DNA of 64,000 nucleotides. It comes from the human T2T-CHM13v2.0 reference genome, Homo sapiens. The translations under genes were made by a program, and so were the position numbers. The stretch lies in assembly GCF_009914755.1 (NCBI RefSeq), contig NC_060926.1. One strand, written 5' to 3'. The notes under the pieces were generated by a model. The model ran no database searches. It saw nothing but the letters and a program-made list of their open reading frames with translations, and was not told where the DNA came from. Below are positions 26,225 to 38,765 of this stretch, piece by piece (positions within the stretch are counted from its first letter, which is position 1; each line of letters begins with the position of its first letter).

Positions 26225-27895
26225 ATGCAAATCCCCATCAAAATCCAAGCAAGTTATTTTGCAGACATTGACAAATTGATTATAAAGCTTACATGTAGAG
26301 GCAAAAAACCCAGAATAGCAAACACAATATTAAAGGAGAAGAACAAAGAAGACTGATATTGTCCTATTTAAAGGCTTAGTGTAGCGCTGTAGTAATCAAA
26401 ACAGTGTGGCTTTGACAAAGAAATAGACAAATAGATCAATGAAACAGAATAGAGAGTCCAGTAATAGTCCACATAAATAGAGCCAACTAATCTTTGACAA
26501 AGGAGTAAAGGCAGTACAACTTTATATCCACATGCAAAAAACAAAAATAATCTAGATACAGACTTTATAATTTTCACAAAAATGAACTCATAATGGATCA
26601 CAGACCCAAATGTAAAGAGCAAAATAATAGAACTCCTGGAAGATAACAGGAGTACATGCAGATGGCCTGAGGTTTAGGATTGACTTTTTAGCTATAACAT
26701 CAAAGGCATAGTATGTGAAAGAAATAAGCTAAACTTTATTAAAATTTAAAAGTTTTCCTCTATGAAACACATTATCAGGAGAATAAAAAGACAAGCCATG
26801 ATCTGGGAGAAGAGATTTGCAAAATACTTTTCAGATAAAGGATAATTATACAAAATATTCAAAGAACTCTTAAGATTCAATATTAAGCAAACAAACAACT
26901 CCGTGTAAAAATGCACCAATGATGCTAACAAACACCTCACCAAAGAAGACATACTGACAGCAGTAAGCATATGAAAAGATACTTTAAATTATAGGTAATT
27001 GGGGAAATGCAAATTAAAACAAAAATAAGATATGACTACACCCTGATTCGAATTGCCAAAATTCAGAACACTGACAACACCAAATACTGACAAGGATGTG
27101 GAGCAACAGGAATTGTCATTTATTGCTGGGAGGAATGCAAAATGACAAGACAGTTGGAAGACAGTTTGGCAGTTTCTTATAAAAACTAAACTTACTCTTA
27201 CCATATGATCCAGCAATCATACTTCTAGATATTTACCCAAAGGAGTTGAAAATTTATGTCCTCACAAAAGCTGGCATATCGCTATTTATAGCAGCTTTAC
27301 TCATATTGCCAAAACATGGAATCAACCAAGATGTCCTTCAGTAGGTGAATGGATAAATAAACTATCCATCTAGGCCTTGAAGTCTTTATCACTAGAGAAG
27401 AAATGAGCAATCAAGCCACATAAAGACATGGAGAAAAGCTAAATGCATATTATTATTTAAAGAAGCCAATTGTACAAAGCTACATTCTACACGATTCCAA
27501 CTATATGACACTCTGGAAAGGGCAAAAATATGAAGATAGTGTCAATAAAAAGATAAGTGTTTGCCAGGATTGGAGAAGTAGGGATGAACAGGTAGAGCAG
27601 AAAGGATTTTTAAGGCAGTGAAACTACCCTATATGATACGATAATGATTAATATATGTCCTTATAAATTTGTCCAAACGCAAAGAATGTACAATGCCAAG
27701 AATGAATCCTAATATGGACGTTGGGTGAAAATTATGCGTCATCGTAGGTTCACAATTGTAAGGAATGCACTACTCTGGTGGGAGGTGTTGATTATGGGGG
27801 AGGCTATGCATGTGTGGGGGCAGGTGGTATATATGAAATCTCTGTACCTTCCTCTCAATTTTTCTGTGAACCTAAAACTGCTCTAAAAAAATAAT
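26225..27895 (+). mobile_element. L1MC (L1MC1-like) ORF2 3' end and 3'UTR
   Basis: ATCCCCATCAAAATCC, GGGAAATGCAAATTAAAAC, CCATATGATCCAGCAATC; terminus CTGTGAACCTAAAACTGCTCTAAAAAAATAA. Confidence 0.88.
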
Positions 27896-27934
27896 GACCA
27901 CAAAAAAAATGCAGAGCTTCTTTGAGGAGAAAAA

Positions 27935-27992
27935 AAAAAAAACACCACCACCAACAACAACAAAAACAGCAACAACAACAACAACAAAAAAC
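27935..27992. repeat. A-run followed by (CAC)n/(CAA)n microsatellite
   Basis: AAAAAAAACACCACCACCAACAACAACAAAAACAGCAACAACACAACAAC. Confidence 0.8.
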
Positions 27993-28719
27993 AATAGAAA
28001 TCTAACTCCTTTTGGTGATTAAACACATATGCTTGTATTTAAGGAAAAGTAATTGGGGTAGAAAGAGTTACAAAGAAACTTCACAGTATATAATATGTAC
28101 TTCTATAAACTTTTTTACAATGAGCGTAAATTAATACATTACATATAGAATATTAAAATTGATTAAAATGCAGAAAAATCAATATAATTAATCCCATGTA
28201 CGCTTATGAAAACTATGTAGAATTATAAAAAGTAGTTGAATTTTGTTCCTTTTTAAGTCTATGAAAATCAGAGAATAGTGAAGTAACTGTCCAATTTCTG
28301 ATACTCAGTGTTTTGTGTTTATGAGTGGAAATAAACCCTCTAGGTGAATTTCCTGGGAAAAAGTCACCTTCTCTATCAAACATAGACTGCAAATTTTCAC
28401 CAGGATTTACTAAATATATACTTTTAAAATAAATATTATCTTTAAATTTTAAATAAATATTAAGTACACAGATCCTAGTGTACAGTGAAACTAACCTTGT
28501 ATTTTGGGGATAATTAAAACTTGGTCATGATATATAATTCATTTTACATATAACTAGATTTGATTAGTTAATATTTCATTTAAGATGTTAATTTTTATGT
28601 TTGAGAGTAGTCAAAAATTTTGATTTCTTGAAATGTCCTTTGTTTCAACGCTACTAGCACCAGAAAGCAAGTTGCCAGGTCTTTTTTATATTCCTACCTT
28701 CTGTAATAGTTTCTGTAAG

Positions 28720-29830
28720 CTTAATTTCTAATAGATGTCATCAACAAAATTGCGCTGTTCTGGAGATTTATTTGTTGTAAGATTTAAAAAATCCTTGTCT
28801 ATTTTTTAAGAGATGAATGAATATTCAGATTTTAAATTTATTTTTATGTCTTTATTTTGTTAGTTTTTTATTAACAATTATTCCATTTCATGTAAAATTT
28901 TGAAGTTATTGACATAAAGGTGTTCAAATGCACTATTATCTCTTTAATATCTATAAATGTAGCAGTAACCTTTGCTTTTTATTCCTGATATTGTGATTTG
29001 TACCTTCTTTCCCACTCGTTTTAATCATAAATTATGTTCATCTTCTAAAAGTTTTTTGTCATTTATTTTTGATATTTATTATTCCTTTATTTCATTTTAG
29101 GTAATTTTAATTTACTCTGTTTTCTAACTTCTTAGGATAGACAGAAACAAATAAATATAGATTTTTCAGCCTTTGTTTTTTTCTGCTACATTTACTTAAT
29201 GCTACATATTTGCTTTTAAGAATAGCTTTAGATGAACCTATAAGATTTGGGAGGACATTCCTTCATGAATATTCAATTCAAATTATTTTATAATTTCTGT
29301 TGTGATTTTTCATAAATTTTCAAACATTTGGACATTTTGTGATTTTCTCTGTTATTGTTTTGTACCTACCTCCCACAGTGGTCAGAAAACATACTTTATA
29401 TATATATATATATGTCACTGTAGTCAGAAACCATGCTTTCTAATATTTTAATCCTTGGATACTTGTCAAGACTTGTTCTATGGACCACTATATTGTCTAT
29501 CATAGTAAATGCTCTATAAATTTAAAAAAATTCCTTCCTGTCTTGATCTTATTGCATCAATTACTAAGAGACGAGTTGGAAAATCAACTATGTGTGTGGA
29601 GTTTTATGTCTACTTTTAAATATATATTGAAGCTATTACTAGTGTATAATTTTTACCTATTTTCATGTTGAATTTATTATTTTATAGTCACAAATGATCT
29701 CGATATATAGTAATATTTCTTCCTTAAAGTTTATAGCATCTTTCTTTTGGTAAGTGTAAATATACCTTTTCTTTTTACTTTCAATATTTTTATCCTTATA
29801 TTTTAAATATATCTTTTATGAAGAATGTTT
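28720..29830 (-). mobile_element. Old L1M ORF2 fragment
   Basis: T-rich strand with L1 reverse-complement motifs TTTCTAACTTCTTAGG and GTGGTCAGAAAACATACTTT (SDH region). Confidence 0.6.
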
Positions 29831-31813
29831 TGTTCTGTAAGGATTTTTTTGGCAAATATATAAAAAGGATTTATTAACCCATAGTCTAGAAGAAGGGTAA
29901 TTCATAAAATAATTAAAACAAAATCTATTGCAATAACAACTTATATTTTATTGTGAAATTAACATAAGCAGTTAAGATGAAGTTTAATAGAAACCTTAAG
30001 GTGCAGATTCCAATTCTGCAGTTCTTCAGATGAATTAATCCCTCTACAGCCTTTCTCTCCCACTGATTATAACAAAATTTTGGGCCAAAATGAAACACAC
30101 ACTGCCTGAATACTCTGAAAAGTAATTAAAAGCAGGGGAATTATGGGAAAAAAGACAAAATTCAAAGAAATATTAGTACAACGGTGGAGATCTGATTTTT
30201 TTTCCTTTCATTTTTCATTTTGCTTCTTTTTTATGTACCAGCTATGGCCAAAGGTGTACTGAATCCATACGACAGGAGGAATCAGGAAAAATGTCAAAGG
30301 CAGCCAGTTTTTTTGGACAGGGGATCAGGTATATCAGGTATCAAGGGCTCTGAGAGTAAGAATGTAGAGTAATTCCCATTATTTTTGTTATATATCTCTT
30401 TTTTCTCTTTTATACCTGCCCTGAATTCAGCTCCAGTCCCAGATCTGTACTACCATTGTCATCACAGAAGCACAGGCACCATTTGCGAAAAATCTGTCCC
30501 TCTGGTAGAGAAATCAAGGAAAGAGCCCTCATTGTGCAGAGAGTGTTTGGGAAAATCCCCATTGATTGACTGATTGAATTATTTTATCTCCCTGTTTTTT
30601 TCACTGTTTTACTCTGAAGAAAGCTTCAGTTGTGTGGCACTGTGTGACAGTGCTGGATCCTAAAACAAAACTCTAAGAGAAATCAGTCTTTCCGGCCATA
30701 GCAATTGATGAAAGATATTCCTCACATGAAGAGAATGTGGAGGAAATTACTGAGAAGAGGGAGGTGGAGGAGAGCCCTCAGTTTGTGCATAAATGGACAC
30801 GTGTTGGGCTCAGCTCCACATTGCACATGCCTGGATGTAACTGCGGGAATTATAAGAAAGACTTTGAGAACTGAATTAAAACAGGAACACTGCTGAGTTC
30901 AAAACCATATCTTGAGTCTGGTATAGAGTGGCAGACCTAAATAATTAGTGCCTGAGAAGCCTTTCGAAATTCAATAGACATTGGAATCCATGCCACAGCA
31001 GTCAGACAGAACTGGCATTGTGAATCTAACCTATTGAATAGCCTGCCAAAATAAAATTATGAAAATTTACCGTAGGAATTAACCAGGTCCCAGAGGTAAA
31101 TTAAAACACAGTAGCCACAATGTTCAGAATACCATTCCAGTTCTTGGTAAGAGACAATAAGCTTTGTTCATATTAATTTTTACTTGGAAAACAATTTGTA
31201 AAGCCAAGGCAGAAGGTATGGGAAAAAGTTTATTTCGGGAAATTCTGAAGGAAGCCCTGTGGTGCTGATGGGAAGAGCTCAATAATAGAGTTTTTAGTTT
31301 TTGCTTGAGGAGCAAAAAGAGAAATTCCTAAAATTCCGAAAGAGAGTATGGAAATATGCTCCTTCCTCAGTTTTTATTTATTTTCTTATTTTCACTATTG
31401 TCTCACAAACCAGCAACAGGGTAATTCCTCATTGTTCCTAGGCAGAGGCCATTGACAGGGGGAGCCAAAACTCTGATAGGGGGAATAATTCCCTTCCTCT
31501 TGGTGGAAATTTAGGTAGGAAAAACAAGATAGGCCATCATAGAAGCATTAAAGTCTTCGGTTTGTTTGAAAAAGACATAAAATTCAATATGGTATCAAGG
31601 GGCAGATTCGTTAGAATACAAAATGAACTTCAAAAGGAAATGACCCTGTGTATTGAGAAATGAGATTGAGATATTGTTCTGTAATAATTGGAGCATCAGA
31701 ATAATGTAATCATTACATATACTAAGTCAATACAATGTCAACATAAAAGACAAATTAAAACATTTAGTAATGCTTTCTATCTTCTCTCTACCTACTTTTA
31801 TTCAGATGTCATT

Positions 31814-34064
31814 TGATATGGTTTGGCTGTGTCCCCACCCAAATCTCAACTTGAATTGTATCTCCCGGAATTTTCACATGTTGTGGGAGGGACCCAGGGG
31901 GAGGTAATTGAATCATGTACTATTCTCATGAGAGTGAATAAGTCTTATGAGATCTGATGGGTTTATCAGGGGTTTCTGCTTTTGCTTCTTCCTCATTCTC
32001 TCTTGCTGTCGCCATGTAAGAAGTACCTTTCACCTCCTGCCATGATTCTGAGGCCTCCCCAGCCATGTGGAACTGTAAGTCCAATTAAATCTCTTTTTCT
32101 TCCCAATCTCAGGTATGTCTTTATCAGCAGCATGAAAACAGAAAAATACAGTAAGTTGGTACCAGTACAGTGGAGCGTTGCTGAAAAGACACCCAAAAAT
32201 GTAGAAGCAACTTTGGAACTGGGTAACATGCAAAGGTTGTAACAGTTTGGAGGGCTCAGAAGAAGACAGGAAAATGTGGGAAAGTTTGGAAACTCTTAGA
32301 GATTTGACAAAAATGCTGATAGTGATATGAACAATGATGTCCAGGCTGAGGTGGTCTCAGATGGATATAAGGAACTTGTTAGGAATGGGAGCAAAGGTGA
32401 CTCTTGTTATATTTAGCAAAGAGACTGGTGGCATTTTGCCCCTACCCTAGAAATTTGTGGAACTTTGAACTTGAGAAAGATGATTTAGTGTATCCGGTGG
32501 AAAAATTTTCTAATCAGCAAAGCATTCAAGAGGTGACTTGGGTACTGTTAAAAGCATTCCGTTTTAAAAGTGAAACAGAGCAAAAAAGTTCAGAGAATTT
32601 GCAGCCTGATGATGCAGTAGAAAATAAACCTTTTTTTTTTTTTTTTTTTTTTTTGAGAAGAAATTCAGGCCAGTTGCAGAAATTTACATAAGTAACAAGG
32701 AGCTAAATCTTATTCCCCAAGACCATGGGGAAAATCTCTCTAGGCCATGTCAGAGACCTTCATGGTAGCCCCTCCCATCCCAGGCCTGGAGGCCCAGGAG
32801 GAAAAAGTGGTTTCAAGGGCTGGGCCCAGGCTCCCTCTACTGTGTGCAGCCTAGTGACTTCGTGCCCTGTGTCCCAATCACTCCACCCATGGCTGAAAGG
32901 GGCCAAAGTGCAGCTCAGGCTGTGGCTTCAGAAGGTGAAAGCCCTAAGCCTTGGCAGCTTCCATGTGGTGTTGAGCCTGCAGGTGCACAGAAGTCAAGAA
33001 TTGAGGTTTGGGAACCTCAATTTCAGAATATGTATGGAAACGCCTGGATGCCCAGACAAAAGTTTGCTGCAGGGGCAGGGCCTAATGGAGAACCTCTGCT
33101 AGGGCAGTGTGAAAGGGAAATGTGGTATCAGAGCCCCCACACAAAAACTCTACTGGGGGACTGACTAGTGGAGCTGTGAGAGGATGGCCATCATCCTCCA
33201 GACCCCAAAATTGTAGATCCACTGACAGCTTGCACCACGTGCCTAGAAAAGCCACAGACACTCAATGCCAGCCTGTGAAAGCAGCCAGGAGGCAGGCTGT
33301 ACCCTGCAAAGCCACAGGGGCAGAGCTATCTAAGATTGTGGGAACCCACTGCTTGCATCAATGTGACCTGGTTGTGAGACCTGGAGGCAAAGGTATCATT
33401 TTGGAGCTTTAAAATTTGACCGACCCACTGGATTTCAGACTTACATGGGCCCTGTAACCCTGACCAATTTCTCCCATTTGAAATGGCTGTATTTACCCAG
33501 TCCATGTACCCTCATTGTATCTAGGAAGTAACTAGCTAGCTTTTGATTTTATAGGCTCATAGGCAAAAGGGGCTTGACTTGTTTCAGATGAGACTTTGGG
33601 CTGTGGACTTTTGGGATTAATGCTGTTATGAGTTACAACTTTCTGGGACTGTTGGGGAGGCATGATTGGTTTTGAAATGTAGGGACATGAGATTTGGAGG
33701 GTCAGTGGTGGAATGATATGGTTTGGCTGTGTTCCAACTGAAATCTCAACTTGAATTGTATCTCCCAGAATTCCCACGTGTTGTGGGAGAGACCCAGGGG
33801 GAGGTAATTGAATCATGGGGGCTGGTCTTTCCCATACTATTCTCGTGATAGTGAATAAGTCTCATGAGATCTGATAAGTTTATCAGGGGTTTCCACTTTT
33901 ACTTCTTCCTCATTCTCTCTTGCTGCTGTATAAGAAGTGTCTTTCACCCTCCATCGTGATTATGAGACCTTCCCAGCCATGTGGAACTGTAAGTCAAATT
34001 AGACCTCCTTTTCTTCCTAATCTCGGGTATGTCTTTATCAGCAGTGTAAAAACAGACTAATACA
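31814..34064 (+). mobile_element. Complete THE1A-like MaLR provirus (LTR-internal-LTR)
   Basis: 5' LTR 31814-32150; internal region 32151-33713 (starts GTAAGTTGGTACCAG, ends in purine-rich GGTGGAA); 3' LTR 33714-34064; perfect 5-bp TSD TCATT (31809-31813/34065-34069). Confidence 0.96.
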
Positions 34065-34214
34065 TCATTATATGCTCCAAAATTATTTTATATTACTCAC
34101 TATAATTCACTTCTGACATTATTATTTTGGTACTCAATTATCTCAAATGTGGGCAATGAAGTCCTCTCAACTCAGCTCTTATGCCCTTTTTAAATATGTG
34201 GGCTCAGAAAGAAG

Positions 34215-36600
34215 GTTAGGACAGCCATTATCTCCATTTCTACTGAACATTGCATTGATGCTATTAACCAATTCAGTTAGACAAAAGAAAATAATTATGG
34301 GCACAGAAGCTGAAAGGGAGAACTGAAATAATCTCTATTTGCAAATTATACATAGATTTTAAAATAGAAAACATTGAAAATAATTGAGCTTATATTTCAA
34401 CTTTAGAAGCAGCACAGAAAGCAATGGATTATCAAAAATAATTTTCAGATAAATATTAGAATAAAAGTGTAAAAATGAATAAATAGGCAAAAAGCAAGAC
34501 AAAAGATCAATTACCCATAATCGTTAAGAATGTCAATCAAAATGACAAATTCTAAAAATTATAGCTTGAGCCTGCTGTAAGGGTGTAATCATAGAAAAAT
34601 TACTGTTGATCTCCCCTTTTCATTTCTTCTTATGCACTCAGAAGTATGCTGAGTTTTTTGTCTGCACCTGGTGATAAGTTAGGATATACCCAGAAACTTG
34701 AGAAGTAATTGGTGGGATTGTGAGGATCAGAAAAACCTCGAGAAAATGAATAAAAGACCCCTCTAAATCCTTACCAAGATTAGGCTACTGGGGGCCTTTA
34801 CGGGGATTTTATCTAGATGTGTTTGTTTCTCTGAAGCAGATATTGTTGCTAAATCTTGAGTGTCCTCCTTCAAACAGTTAAGTAATTGCACATTTCATCT
34901 ACCCTAAGGTAGCTTTTAGATTTTGTTTTGTCACTGGCCTTTATGCTTGTGTATACTTTCAAACCCCTAATATATTTTGTGAAGTAAAAATTGTTTAGAG
35001 AATGATTAAACAATCCCAGGAAAAACAAGGGTGATTGTAAAATAGCATTTTGAATAAATCTTATGATTTTTAATCATAATTTTAAATTTATATTTTTGAG
35101 AATTTTGAAATATTTTACATTTTAAAAAGGCAAATAATTTTTTTAAATGTAAGATCTTTAAATTCTAGAACATATAGATTTAAAAGTATTGACTAAAATA
35201 GGAAGACAAAATCAAAATGTGTCAATGACCATTAGAACTGAAATAAAATTTCTAATCAATGGGAAATTTTTATCTTATAACCTTTGAAGATGAGTAAATT
35301 TTGACACCAAAATAGGTTGGAGAGGAAGTTCAACATAGTTAAATTACAGACTAATCTCACATAAAAACATAGATTTAACCATTTTAAATAACACATTAGC
35401 TAATCAAGGAGAGTAGTTTTTTTAACTAAATAGTGAGTAAGTATGGTTTATATCAGAATGCAAAATTAATTTACTATCTATATGACAGTACAGATAATAT
35501 TGGTGAGCACATAAAATTATTTGATAAACTTGTATGTTTATGAATTTAAAACAAATTTTAGCAATCTAAATATTAAAGGGAATTTAAAACAAATTTTAGC
35601 AATCTAAATATTAAAGGGAAATTTTTAAGTGACATATATCTTCAGCAAAAAGCTACAGTGCAAAACACATTTATTATTTTTTACTTTTTACTTTTGAAGA
35701 CAATGTTTCTTCTGGTACCAAGGACCAAGGAACATAGCACATTTAAAGGTCCAATCTAAAAAATCCTTATAAATGCAACAAGACATGTGAGATAGCTGTA
35801 GTAGAGGAGAAAGATAAACTATCCATATATGCAGATGATATGATTGTTTATATAAATCACCAAAAAAAGAGACAATATAGTTTTTTTTTAATAAGAGTAT
35901 TGTAAGGTTTCTCGATGCAAGATAAAAAAATTGTTAACAAATTTATTCTTGAAAAAAGACAACTCTACATATCACAGGTGTCCCTTTCCTCCCCCATTTA
36001 GTAGTTTACCAAGAAACTATTTCATCAGGTTTAGTTACCTTCTTCCTAAGGAGCTAAGCTCCTTCTTCCTAAAAGGCCATGTCCTTGATGGAGTTTCCGT
36101 TTCTTCCCTTTTGTTTGTAGAACTATTAGGTGGACAGCTCTTCCAGGGAGGGGGGGTATTCTCTATGTGCTTCCTCATAGTTGGCTTAAGCCCAGCTCTT
36201 TTGGGGTGATAAGAGTTTGAGGAAAACAGAGTGCTTGACGGATTCTGTGCTTGAAAATTTACATTCAAAATGTAAGCAACTAGTATGTGTTTGGTGATCC
36301 AATATATGATACCATAATTATGCATTTAGAAAATTTTATGGGGAAACATGCCATTACAATAGCAGTGTCATAAATTACCTAGAAATAAATCTATAAAAGA
36401 ATGCAAAAACTTTTTGTAGAAAATTACATAGCATTCTCTACAGAATAAAAGAGAATGAAAATGAGACAGACATGACTGCTATTCACAGATGCTAACACTA
36501 ATATCAGGAATATGAAAACTTTTGTGTAGAAATCTATAAATCTATGAATAAATGCATTAATCTGGAAATTAACCCAGATAATAAAGTCTAGAGCTTTTAG
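34215..36600 (+). mobile_element. Patchy, very old L1M ORF2 remnants mixed with unassigned sequence
   Basis: ATCTCTATTTGCAAATTATA (34331) and ATATGCAGATGATATGATTG (35828, YADDMI) resemble the RT region; discontinuous. Confidence 0.5.
35542..35617. repeat. Perfect 38-bp tandem duplication
   Basis: GAATTTAAAACAAATTTTAGCAATCTAAATATTAAAGG occurs twice in tandem. Confidence 0.95.
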
Positions 36601-36605
36601 AGATA

Positions 36606-38295
36606 TTGTGTGTCTGTGTATGTGTATATGTGTATATATATACATATATACACGTATACTATATATGTATATGTATACACGTATACATATACATATATAC
36701 ACGTATACGTGTATACATATACATATATACGTGTATACACGTATATATACATGTATATATGCATGTATACACATATATGTATATACATGTATACACATAT
36801 ATGTATATACATGTATATACATGTATACATGCATAGATACATGTATACACATATATGTATACACATGTATATACATGTATACATGCATAGATACATGTAT
36901 ACATGTATATATGCATATATACATATATACGTGTATCTATGCATATATACATGTATATATACATGTATACATGCATATACATGTATATATACATGTATAC
37001 AGGCATATACATGTATATATACATGTATACATGCATATACACATATAACATGTATATATACATATAACATGTATATATACACATATATACATATACAAGT
37101 GTATACATATATACGTGTATATATACACGTATGCATAAATACATGTATACATGTGTACATGCACATACATACATGTATACATGTGTATATACTTATATAC
37201 ACGTGTATATACATATATGCATGTGTATATACATTTATACATGTGTATACATATATACGTGTATATATACATATATACATGTGTATATATATACATGTAC
37301 ATATACATATATACATGTGTATACATACATATATACATGTACATATACATATATACATGTGTATACATACATATATACATGTACATATACATATATACAT
37401 GTGTATACATACATATATACATGTACATATACATATATACATGTGTATACTTACATATATACATGTACATATACATATATACATGTGTATACTTACATAT
37501 ATACACGTACATATACATATATACATGTACATATATACATATATACATATATACACGTACATATACATATATACATATACATATATACATATATACATGT
37601 ACATATGTACATATATACATGTATACATATATACATGTACATATGTACATATATACATGTATACATATATACATATGTACATACGTACAGATATACATAT
37701 ATACATATGTACATACGTACATATATACATACGTACATATATACATATGTACATATATGCATATATACATACGTACATATATGTACATATACATATCTAC
37801 ATGTATACATATGTACATACACATATCTACATGTACATATATACATGTACATGTACATATATACATGCACATATATACGTGCACATATACATATATACAT
37901 GTACATATATACGTGTACATATACATATCTACATGTATATATACATACATACATGTACATATCTACATGTATATATGCATATGTACATATATACATGTGC
38001 ATATATACATGTATACATGTATACATGCGCATGTATACGTATATACATGTATACATATATACATATACATGTATACGTATATACATGTATGTACCTATAT
38101 ACATGTATATATGCATGTATGTACCTATATACATGTATATATACATACATACATGTATATATACATATATACGTGTATATGTACACGTATATATGTATAT
38201 ATAGTTTACATGTATACATATATGTATAGTTTGTATGTATGTGTAGTTTTCATATATACATATATGTACATATACATATATGTAAACTATATATA
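36606..38295. repeat. About 1.7-kb alternating purine-pyrimidine (TA/CA/TG) satellite-like tract
   Basis: Near-continuous RY alternation; 42-bp unit CATATATACATGTACATATACATATATACATGTGTATACATA repeated about 5 times near 37290-37520, seen as the 14-aa period YIHVHIHIYMCIHT in the ORF track. Confidence 0.95.
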
Positions 38296-38563
38296 GTAAT
38301 AAAACTGTGTAGCAGTATGCTTTGGAAGGGTATATATATACTTCAGAAAAAAATGGTCACCTTGTGGGGTAAAAATGCCATTAGAAGAGGACATATTGGG
38401 GTGCACTGATCATGAAACATTTTTTTCTAAAATAAATGATGTTTGAGTTTAGTTATTTTACTTAAAAGCAGCCATTGGTGTATGGATGTTCATTATATTA
38501 TATGTTTATAAAGACTTTTTATAGTCTTTGTCCTCTCCTAACATTAGACATCAACAAAGTGTA

Positions 38564-38749
38564 CTCTTTTCTTTTTGCTCCCTGGCTCTTGGATACAGTT
38601 GATGCCATGGGTTTTGGAGACCTGAAAAGCCCCACCAACTTCCAGGAACTCAATGATTACCTGGAGGGCAAGTGCTGCACTGAGGGATATGTGCCATCCC
38701 AAGTACTGAGACAGTATTTGACACAGTCGCTGGCCCACTGCCTGCTGAC
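38564..38749 (+). pseudogene. EEF1B2: EEF1B2 (eEF1-beta) processed pseudogene fragment: 5'TOP leader and first ~48 codons only
   Basis: CTCTTTTCTTTTT pyrimidine leader; ATG at 38607; [32 protein letters not shown] versus EEF1B2 [32 protein letters not shown]; frameshift, then a PxPAD-like CCACTGCCTGCTGAC. The symbol names the parent gene. Confidence 0.93.
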
Positions 38750-38765
38750 AATATGCTGACAGATT

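Noticed and set aside
30000-31500. Possible old L1 5' region or LTR
   Set aside because: The composition suggests a decayed repeat, but I could not match diagnostic motifs well enough to call a family or boundaries.
32404-33816. ORFs in the THE1 internal region
   Set aside because: Fragmented remnants of the MaLR internal ORF; no intact gene.
36424-38296. Overlapping ORFs of up to 539 aa rich in Y/I/H/V/M/C/T
   Set aside because: Alternating RY DNA cannot form TAA, TAG or TGA, so all six frames stay open; these are not genes.
38475-38759. 94-aa ORF as a functional EEF1B2-like protein
   Set aside because: Only about 32 residues are in frame with EEF1B2; there is a frameshift after VPSQ and no C-terminal GEF domain.
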